Below are positions 37,009-44,145 of a stretch of DNA of 47,854 nucleotides, one piece after another. Made by a program: the position numbers and the translations under genes. The first letter of the stretch is position 1. Each line of letters begins with the position of its first letter. This DNA is from a virus (Duplodnaviria > Caudoviricetes), in the IMG/VR virus record IMGVR_UViG_3300033076_000881, positions 1 through 47,854 of that record. The stretch is one strand, 5' to 3'. The notes beneath the pieces were generated by a model. That model did not search any database. It was not told the DNA's origin and worked only from the letters and a program-made list of their open reading frames with translations.

Positions 37009-37061
37009 CTGGTAGTCATTCGAAGCGCACAGAAGCCCATGCGCTTCTAGGTGACTGTCAG
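37009..37061 (-). ncRNA. Intergenic structured repeat H4
   Basis: CTGACAGTCA-CCTA-GAAGCGCATGG-GCTT-CTGTGCGCTTC-GAA-TGACTACCAG. Confidence 0.7.
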
Positions 37062-37327
37062 ATCACGGCGCGCGTCGAGACGCGATGCTCGGGCGGCGTG
37101 TCATCCCACCGCACCATGAGAATGGTGCAACAACCCCGCGGCACCCACCACACTTCGTCACCGAAATCCCCGGTGATGTCACCTTTGACGCCGCGAAGGC
37201 CGAACTCCGCGCGAGCCTTGCGCATCGCCGCCTTGGGGTTGTCGGCGCTTTCGACGTAGCAGCGCCGCACCCAGGAATAGTTTGCTTCGCCGCCAAAAGT
37301 GTCAGTGTATTCAGCGAAATAGGCCAT
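37058..37327 (-). CDS. Cassette-array gene 1, conserved phage hypothetical
   Basis: Leader-preceded ATG; EYTDTFGGEANYSWVRR motif. Confidence 0.8.
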   Translation of the reverse strand: MAYFAEYTDTFGGEANYSWVRRCYVESADNPKAAMRKARAEFGLRGVKGDITGDFGDEVWWVPRGCCTILMVRWDDTPPEHRVSTRAVI

Positions 37328-37427
37328 TGTCGGGATCTCCTATCCTTGCGACACGCAGACCCTACCAGACACCAGACAAAATGCACAATCTGATATCCGC
37401 CATCCTAACACACTTGTAATGTGAGCC

Positions 37428-38105
37428 CTATTCACTCGGCTTTGCGGCCTTCTCTGCCGCCTTCCTCTCACGATAGCGTTCCATGGCGGGCTTTTCGGCA
37501 TTGGCGCACAAGATGCACAAGAACCTGTAGTTTGCCGCCGTCACAGGTTCGCCCTTCTTCCATAGCTTCGCAGCTCCGGCCTTGTAGCGCGGATTGATTG
37601 GCCACCATCGCTTGACCTCGGGCCATGCGGAAACCGGGATTTCCGGGCCGTCTAGCATGGTGCGGACCTCCACTAGGCAGTCATACTCCCCGAGGCTCGC
37701 AATCTGCACCAGCGCGGCCCTGCCGTCGCTCAGGTATCCCACCGCAAAGCCTCCTACCTCATATGACGTGGCAATGCGCGGGGGCTTTCCGTCCTTCACA
37801 CGATCCAAGGGCCATAGCCTGCGCTTAGTGCGCCAAGTCTCCGGCCATGCGCCGCCGACTTTGAAGAAATCCGCAACCGGCACGTAGTCGCACGTCCACA
37901 CGTCATCCCAAGGGGCGAAGGCGACACACATCAAGCGACTGTCAGCAGTTATTCTCATCCAGGCCGCAGCCCCTGACGATGTGCGAACCCTCATGACGTG
38001 ATCGTTAGGCCAGTCACCCATTAGCAAGGCCCATTCTGCCGCTTGCTTCAAATGCTCGGCTTCTGAGCCAGCGAAATCCGTTTGGACGTCACTTGACCAT
38101 TCCAT
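37428..38105 (-). CDS. Hypothetical Trp-rich protein, lower GC (start uncertain)
   Basis: Long ORF; internal echo AWPETWRTKRRLWPLD / AWPEVKRWWPIN. Confidence 0.55.
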   Translation of the reverse strand: MEWSSDVQTDFAGSEAEHLKQAAEWALLMGDWPNDHVMRVRTSSGAAAWMRITADSRLMCVAFAPWDDVWTCDYVPVADFFKVGGAWPETWRTKRRLWPLDRVKDGKPPRIATSYEVGGFAVGYLSDGRAALVQIASLGEYDCLVEVRTMLDGPEIPVSAWPEVKRWWPINPRYKAGAAKLWKKGEPVTAANYRFLCILCANAEKPAMERYRERKAAEKAAKPSE

Positions 38106-38854
38106 GTGGCCGGTCCCCAGACTGATAGGTCTATAAGCCCTCCATCTCCAGGCGGCGGAGCCTGGGGATGGTAGGGCCTTAATAGGACTACCAGATAAAA
38201 CGATACGTGCAACTAGAAGCTTGTCGGTGGGGATGAGACTGCAAGGACTGATGGCAGTTTGCTGGTGCTCCCCTGTCACACCACAAACTGACATCAAGCC
38301 ATGCTGCACATCCTGCAAAACAAGACAGGATGTGAGCATTAACTGCATTTTGGTTTATTAGTCAGGATGTGCAGAGATTGGGCGTGCTGTATGGTCTCGT
38401 CGGGCTGAAAGGGCTATTTGCGGTATGCGCTCGACCTCGAGACGCCCTTCCTGACATTCACTCCCGTTATGTGCATCACATTCACATGCCAGGTCTGGCG
38501 CACCAATCCCCGGGCGCGGCTGCGGCGGCCCAACATGCTCAGCCTGCACCAATCCAGCGGCTCGAGCGCAACCAGCACGCGAAACCGGCGCGCGATCCAT
38601 GCATGTCGTGCATCACCGGCTCGGCTGGCCCAAGTAATATCAATAGCTTAGCGCGCTACTTTCCATAATAGATGTTATGCTGCATCGCTTGTCGGCCTTC
38701 CTGGCGGGGTTTCGGGCTGCTCGGGCGGGATGGTGCGCCCCCGCACCCCACCCCCGGTCGATCGCGGCGCGCGGGAGGGGGTGGCCCCGCCGCACCCGCC
38801 CCGCCCCTCTCCAGCCCACCTGCCCCGAACATCTAGCACTATATTTTACGCTAC

Positions 38855-38924
38855 GTCCAAGCCTTACGTTATGCCCGCCTCCATCCTACGCACCGTGTCC
38901 AAGCCTTACGTTATGCCAGCCTCC
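38855..38924. repeat. 28-bp direct repeat pair in the divergent non-coding region
   Basis: GTCCAAGCCTTACGTTATGCC(C/A)GCCTCC at 38855 and 38897. Confidence 0.9.
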
Positions 38925-39101
38925 CTCCACAAATATTGTACTATTTGCCAATCCCCACGTTACCACCCACACATTTTGTCAAACTCACTCGTAGTCCCTA
39001 AGAACTAGTCCCCACACCCTTTTCCTCGAAAGCGGCCTAAATCCTCTACTTGACACCACTCGCTTTTGTGATGCAGGCTCGTTTTGGCAAAGGAGGCCAC
39101 C

Positions 39102-39371
39102 ATGAGCCAGACGGTTTCGAATGTGGAGTTCACCGTGACGGGGAAGGCGGTCGAGGTGACCACCACGACCAGGCTGATCGAGCTCGCTGCCGTCAAGGAC
39201 GGGGTGACGTATCCGATCGTGACCATGTCCATCCGCGCGGCCAAGAACCTCGCCCAGCAGTTGGCGACTGAGGTTGCCTTCGAGGAGCAGCTTCCCGCCG
39301 AGACGGTCACGGCTGCGCCTGTCGAGAACTCCGACGTCCCCAACCCGAGCGGCAACGCGATCCAAGGATGA
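39102..39371 (+). CDS. Hypothetical protein, first rightward gene
   Basis: AAGGAGG RBS; TTGACA at 39050 upstream. Confidence 0.75.
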   Translation: MSQTVSNVEFTVTGKAVEVTTTTRLIELAAVKDGVTYPIVTMSIRAAKNLAQQLATEVAFEEQLPAETVTAAPVENSDVPNPSGNAIQG

Positions 39372-39375
39372 GCCG

Positions 39376-39666
39376 ATGAACTTCGGAGAAGCTATCGCCG
39401 TGCTCAAGAGCGGCGGCCGGGTTGCCCGTGAAGGGTGGAACGGCAAGGGGATGTGGCTTGTGCTGACACCTGGCGGCACTGCGCTCGCCAGTGCCGTTCC
39501 GCGCGATTACGCAGCCCTGGCCAATATCGCCGGCGAGAGCCCAAGGCCGACGCATATCGTCATCAACTCGCACATCGACATGCGCGCGGCGGACGGCTCT
39601 CTCGTCATCGGCTGGCTCGCTAGCCAGACCGACATGCTCGCCGAAGATTGGAAGATCGTCGTCTAG
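39376..39666 (+). CDS. DUF2829-family protein (Tad2-like anti-Thoeris sponge)
   Basis: MNFGEAIAVLKSG.RVAREGWNGKGMWL ... GWLASQTDMLAEDW family signature. Confidence 0.85.
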   Translation: MNFGEAIAVLKSGGRVAREGWNGKGMWLVLTPGGTALASAVPRDYAALANIAGESPRPTHIVINSHIDMRAADGSLVIGWLASQTDMLAEDWKIVV

Positions 39667-39679
39667 AAAGGACACAGCC

Positions 39680-40348
39680 ATGAAGAAGTCAGGCTTTGGG
39701 CATTTCGGCATGAACGGGCACGAGGGCATCGGCATCCAGCCCGACATGTTCGCCCAGATGGCTGCGCCGGCCCCTCCCTCCCTCAGCCAGCAGCTTCTCT
39801 CGCAGATCGGCGATCCGTCCCGTCTGCCAGACGACGCCAAGATGGCGCTCGTCCACCAGATCTTCGAAGCCTTGGTGATGCTCCACCCTGCCCCGCTCGA
39901 GGTGCTGCTCCTGGCCAGGGACGCCACGAACCCCCAGAGCGGCGGCCTGATCGCCGAGCAGCGCACCAACCTCTCCCGCTTCGCAACCCTCATGATCCGC
40001 CAGGCTCTCCGCCGCGGCCCGATCGACGAAGCCGACCGAGCGGCCATCGCGTCCGAGCTCAATCTCGTCCCCGGCGCGACCGACGAGCAGTACGAGCGCG
40101 CAACCCTCGATCGTGCCAACCTGCAGATGGCGCTGATGCGGATGTGTGCGTTCTCGACCGAGCAGGGCGTCGCCATCGCCAAGCGCGCGATCGAAGGCGT
40201 CCAGACAGGCGCCTCGATGTCCGACACCCTCTGTGACCGCTTCGCCAAGCTGCGGGAGGCGATGGGCGACAGCCGCGGCCTGCCGAGCGACTACAAGGCT
40301 GGCATGTCGCACGCCATCAACATCCTCACTGGTGATGACGATGAATGA
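39680..40348 (+). CDS. Hypothetical helical protein
   Basis: AAGGA RBS; 222 aa. Confidence 0.7.
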   Translation: MKKSGFGHFGMNGHEGIGIQPDMFAQMAAPAPPSLSQQLLSQIGDPSRLPDDAKMALVHQIFEALVMLHPAPLEVLLLARDATNPQSGGLIAEQRTNLSRFATLMIRQALRRGPIDEADRAAIASELNLVPGATDEQYERATLDRANLQMALMRMCAFSTEQGVAIAKRAIEGVQTGASMSDTLCDRFAKLREAMGDSRGLPSDYKAGMSHAINILTGDDDE

Positions 40349-40475
40349 CGACGATTTTGACGACGAGGACGACGGCCCAGGCATCGTCGCCTTCCTCGCT
40401 GTCATGATCGCATTCTGCGGCGCAGCCACCTTGGCTGCGTGGCTCTCGATCAGCTTCTATCAGCGGCACTGGTGA
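40341..40475 (+). CDS. 44-aa membrane peptide with acidic N-terminus
   Basis: MNDDDFDDEDDGPG followed by a TM helix; TGATG-coupled to terS. Confidence 0.55.
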   Translation: MNDDDFDDEDDGPGIVAFLAVMIAFCGAATLAAWLSISFYQRHW

Positions 40476-41176
40476 TGGACGAGCACGCCAAGTTTGAGAA
40501 GGAAAAGCGCGAGCTCCTGCGCGCCAAGGCGGTCAACCTCTCCCCAATGCAGGAGAGGTTCGTCTGCGAGTACCTGATCGACTTGAACGCAGGAGCGGCC
40601 TGGGTGCGGGCCGGCGGCTCCCCACTCCACGCCGACAAGGTCGCATCCCGCTTCCTCAAGAAAGGCCACATCGTCCAGGACGCCATTGCCCGCGCGATGG
40701 CCGAGCGATCTGCGCGCGTCGGCGTCTCTGCCGATCGCGTCGTGCGCGAGTACGCTCGCATCGCCTTCGGAGACCCCCGCGTCCTGTTCAACGACGACGG
40801 CAGCCTCCGCAAGCCGACAGAGTACAACGAGGACGACGCCAGGATGCTCGAGGGCGTCAAGACGCGCCGCATCGTCGAAGTCGCCATCGACCCGGACACC
40901 GGCAAGCAGAAGATGGTGCCCGTCGAGATCCAGGAGGTGAAGCTGGCCTCCAAGACGACGGCGCTGCAGGCTCTCGGCCGCCACCTCGGCCTGTTCAACG
41001 ACAAGATCGACGTGAACATCTCCACGCCTCTCGACCAGCGGTTCGCCGAGGCTATGGCCAAGATCACATCCGATCCCCTGGCGCCCGAAGGACCGGCACA
41101 GGTGATCGAAGGGTCGTTCGAGGAAGTGGACGATGACGACGACCTGGACGACGAGTTGCAGAGGCTTCTTGGATGA
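40475..41176 (+). CDS. terS: Terminase small subunit
   Basis: LSPMQERFVCEYLIDLNA..A..RAG, V.ADRVV.EY.RIAF.D, KL.SK..AL.ALGRHLGLF.DK. Confidence 0.88.
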   Translation: MDEHAKFEKEKRELLRAKAVNLSPMQERFVCEYLIDLNAGAAWVRAGGSPLHADKVASRFLKKGHIVQDAIARAMAERSARVGVSADRVVREYARIAFGDPRVLFNDDGSLRKPTEYNEDDARMLEGVKTRRIVEVAIDPDTGKQKMVPVEIQEVKLASKTTALQALGRHLGLFNDKIDVNISTPLDQRFAEAMAKITSDPLAPEGPAQVIEGSFEEVDDDDDLDDELQRLLG

Positions 41177-41382
41177 GCCGCGATAAGCGTGTCGTCGTAA
41201 TCGTCGGGCAGCGCGTCACCGCTAACGAGGTGATCGACGACAAGGCCAGTGCGTTCACCAAAGGCTGGGCCAGCGGCCTGCGCGACGCCATCCACATCAT
41301 GCAGTCCAGCAGTTCGCTGCGCAGCCTCAAGACGAAACTGATCGTCAGGCTGGAAGAGATCGAAAGGATCGGGAAGTCATGA
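41173..41382 (+). CDS. Hypothetical protein
   Basis: ATGA overlaps at both ends. Confidence 0.65.
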   Translation: MSRDKRVVVIVGQRVTANEVIDDKASAFTKGWASGLRDAIHIMQSSSSLRSLKTKLIVRLEEIERIGKS

Positions 41383-41678
41383 GGAAGCTGAATAGCGGCC
41401 CGTCGAAGCTGCCGCGCGAGAAGCGCATCGAGGAGTGGGTCAAGACAGCCAGCCGCGGCCACAACGGCGTCAGGGACACACGCAGGGCGCCCGACTACAC
41501 AGGCCGCGTGTACTACTCCGTCGAACCCGACACCCGCACACCGCTCGAACGCTTCCGCGCCATGCGCGAGCAGGGCAAACGCGTCGGCGTGTTCCTGGAC
41601 GACGCCCTGGCCGGCGAGATCATGGCCAGACTTCCTGCCGAGAGCATCATGCCGAAGGACGACAACCGTGGACGCTAA
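41379..41678 (+). CDS. Hypothetical basic protein
   Basis: ATGA overlap; 99 aa. Confidence 0.6.
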   Translation: MRKLNSGPSKLPREKRIEEWVKTASRGHNGVRDTRRAPDYTGRVYYSVEPDTRTPLERFRAMREQGKRVGVFLDDALAGEIMARLPAESIMPKDDNRGR

Positions 41679-42150
41679 GACAGCATTCAACCTGTTCATC
41701 AACCCGTCGCTCGACTGGCTCGTCACCCTCGGCGGCCCGCCGCGCGACAAGCGCGCCGACATCCTGATCCTGGCGACGATGATCCAGGAGAGCGGCCTGT
41801 CCGACCGCATCCAGGGCGCCGGCGACAAGGGGCCGGCGCGCTCCTACGCGCAGTTCGAGCAGATCGGCGTCACCGACGTGATGACCAGGGCGCGCACCGC
41901 CCCCATCGCCAGGAAGGTCTGCCAGGAACTCGCCATCGCCCCGACCTCCGAGTACGTGTTCAACGTGATGGCCTGGAACGACACCCTGGCCACCTGCATC
42001 TCCCGGCTGAACTATTGGAACAGCCGCCTGCCGCTCCCCACCACCGAGGACGAAGGCTGGCACTGCTACGTCTCGACGTGGCGGCCAGGCAAGCCGGCCC
42101 GCAACCGCTGGGGCGCGGCATGGTCGGCGGCCGAACAGGCGGTTGAATGA
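41668..42150 (+). CDS. Putative endolysin (lysozyme-like fold)
   Basis: IQESG...R.Q....GPARS.AQFE and W..Y..TWRPGKP motifs seen in phage lysins. Confidence 0.65.
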   Translation: MDAKTAFNLFINPSLDWLVTLGGPPRDKRADILILATMIQESGLSDRIQGAGDKGPARSYAQFEQIGVTDVMTRARTAPIARKVCQELAIAPTSEYVFNVMAWNDTLATCISRLNYWNSRLPLPTTEDEGWHCYVSTWRPGKPARNRWGAAWSAAEQAVE

Positions 42151-43661
42151 GCACTGCCGACACCGAAGCGAAGCTGCTGCAGCAGATCCTGTCGTACCGG
42201 CACGATCCGCTCGGCTTCGTCCAGTTCGCCTTCCCGTGGGGCAAGAAAGGCACCGTGCTTGAGAACCGCATGGGGCCTTCGTACTGGCAGGCCGCTGAAC
42301 TCAACGGCATCGGCCATCGGCTGCGCACCGGCGAGCAGAAGATCCGCCGCGGCACGGCGAGCGGCAAGGGCATCGGCAAGTCTGCGCTCGTCGCCTGGGA
42401 GAGCATGTGGGGGCTCTGCACCTGCCGCAACACGCGCATCCGCCTCACCGCCGGCACGGACGGGCAGCTCAAGACGACCACGATGCCCGAACTGGCCAAG
42501 TGGTTCCAAATGCTGATCTGCAATCACTGGTTCAAGTTCACGGCGACCTCGATCTACGTGAACGACCCGAACGCCGAGAAGCAGAAGCAATGGCGCCTCG
42601 ATGCCATCCCCTGGAACGAGAACAACCCCGAGGCGTTCGCCGGGCTGCACAACCAGGGCAGCCGCATCGTGTACATCTTCGACGAGGCGTCGCAGATCGC
42701 CGACAGCATATGGGACACGTCGGAAGGCATCTTCACCGACGCCAACACTGAGGTGATCTTCTCGGCGTACGGCAACCCGACGCGCTCGATCGGCCGCTTC
42801 CGGGAGATCAGCGAGGATCCGCGCTGGTCCTTCGCCGCCATCGACAGCCGCACCGTCGAGATCACCGACAAGGCCGAACTCGACAAGCAGGTGGAAGCCT
42901 ACGGCGGTGAGGAAAGCGACGGCGCCCGGATGTTCATCCGCGGTCTGTTCCCCCGCGTGGCCGAGAGCCAGTTCATCAGCATCGAGGTGGTGAAGCAGGC
43001 CAGGAAGAACGAGCCCATCGCCACGTTGAACGACGCGCTGGTGTTTGGGGTGGACGTTGCCCGCTTCGGCGAGGACAGCAGCGTGATCGCCATCCGCAAG
43101 GGCCGCGATGCGCGCTCGATCCCCTGGGAGAAGGTGAAGGGGTACGACAACGTGCAGGTGGCGACGATGGTGGCCGACCTGCACGGCAAGTACAAGGCTG
43201 ACGCCATCCACGTCGATGCGGGCGGCCCGGGTGCCGGCGTGCTCGACATCCTGCGGCACTGGAACCTGCCGGTGCGCGAGGTGCAGTTCGGATCCTCGCC
43301 AGACCGCGCGCAGTTGAACATCAACGGGTTCCGCTATGCCAACAAGCGGACGGAGATGTGGGGCATCATGCGCGAGATGCTGCCCACCATCGCCATCCCC
43401 GACGACAACGAGCTTGAGAAGCAACTGACGAGCGCGTTGTACGGCTACCGCGGCAGGGGCGACGATATCGCCTTGATCCCGAAGGAAGTCATGAAGCGGC
43501 AGCACCAGGTGCCGAGCCCGGATAAGGCCGACGCCCTGGCGCTCACCTTCGCTTTCCCTGTCATGCCGAAGGTGCAGGGGAAGGCCGGCGGGGCACACCG
43601 GGTCGGCGACAACAGCAGCCCCTACAAGGCCGATACGGAATACGACCACCTCGCCAGATAA
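42147..43661 (+). CDS. terL: Terminase large subunit
   Basis: SGKGIGKS, YIFDEA, GNPTR, GVDVARFGED, SPDKADALALTFA. Confidence 0.93.
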   Translation: MSTADTEAKLLQQILSYRHDPLGFVQFAFPWGKKGTVLENRMGPSYWQAAELNGIGHRLRTGEQKIRRGTASGKGIGKSALVAWESMWGLCTCRNTRIRLTAGTDGQLKTTTMPELAKWFQMLICNHWFKFTATSIYVNDPNAEKQKQWRLDAIPWNENNPEAFAGLHNQGSRIVYIFDEASQIADSIWDTSEGIFTDANTEVIFSAYGNPTRSIGRFREISEDPRWSFAAIDSRTVEITDKAELDKQVEAYGGEESDGARMFIRGLFPRVAESQFISIEVVKQARKNEPIATLNDALVFGVDVARFGEDSSVIAIRKGRDARSIPWEKVKGYDNVQVATMVADLHGKYKADAIHVDAGGPGAGVLDILRHWNLPVREVQFGSSPDRAQLNINGFRYANKRTEMWGIMREMLPTIAIPDDNELEKQLTSALYGYRGRGDDIALIPKEVMKRQHQVPSPDKADALALTFAFPVMPKVQGKAGGAHRVGDNSSPYKADTEYDHLAR

Positions 43662-43764
43662 GGCTTGCATCTCCGTTTCGCGATGTGGCAGCCTTTTCGT
43701 GCGGTCCCTTCGGGCCGTCCGTGACTTGTTGTCTCCTCCCTAGTGACGTTTCCCGATCCAACTC

Positions 43765-43796
43765 GGCCGCCCCGGGCAACCAGGGCGGCCTTTTTC
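43765..43796 (+). terminator. Intrinsic terminator
   Basis: GGCCGCCCCGG-GCAA-CCAGGGCGGCC followed by TTTTTC. Confidence 0.85.
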
Positions 43797-43877
43797 TGCG
43801 CCCGCAACTTTGCACTTTTTGCTTGACAACGACATATGGTATAGGTTGGGCCACACCTGCCACCAGGGGATGGTTCG

Positions 43878-44144
43878 ATGGGCGCGTTCGGCGGCGTGGA
43901 CAAGAGGCTGAAAGGGTTCCCGGACCCGATCACCGGATCAGGTGCAGCCGCTGCGGCCCCCGCGCTTCCACCGCCGGAGCCGCAGCGCAGCCCGACCGCC
44001 CAGCGCGGCAACTTCGCCAAGAACGCCTCGAAGATGGTCGAAGGGCTCGGCATGGGCGGCACGATCCTGACCGCCCCGACGCGCAACGCGCCTGAGCCCA
44101 TCCCGGGCAACATGACAGGCACCAAGAGCCTGCTGGGGGTCTGA
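43878..44144 (+). CDS. Small pre-portal virion protein
   Basis: G.GGTILT...KSLLG pattern typical of the gene before the portal in this group. Confidence 0.7.
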   Translation: MGAFGGVDKRLKGFPDPITGSGAAAAAPALPPPEPQRSPTAQRGNFAKNASKMVEGLGMGGTILTAPTRNAPEPIPGNMTGTKSLLGV

Positions 44145-44145
44145 C

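Larger units (their letters stand above)
34466..37345 (-). repeat. Eight exact copies of the start-associated 13-mer GGATAGGAGATCC
   Basis: Copies at 34466-78, 34810-22, 35369-81, 35833-45, 36148-60, 36442-54, 36990-37002 and 37333-45, each 4-5 nt before an ATG. Confidence 0.95.

Noticed and set aside
34499-37061. H1-H4 as canonical attC sites, intrinsic terminators or known self-cleaving ribozymes
   Set aside because: There are no RYYYAAC/GTTRRRY boxes or integrase, no U-tracts, and no hammerhead, twister or pistol core recognisable by eye.
34466-37345. CRISPR array interpretation of the repeats
   Set aside because: The repeats are 13-18 nt and irregularly spaced by 290-560 bp of coding sequence, and there is no cas operon.
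38358-39008. Short ORFs in the divergence region
   Set aside because: They overlap each other, lack an RBS, have atypical composition, and run through DNA repeats.
43819-43847. TTGACA promoter upstream of the pre-portal gene
   Set aside because: A promoter is likely in this AT-rich patch, but TTGACA has no -10 at normal spacing and the alternative pairings are ambiguous, so I did not call it.
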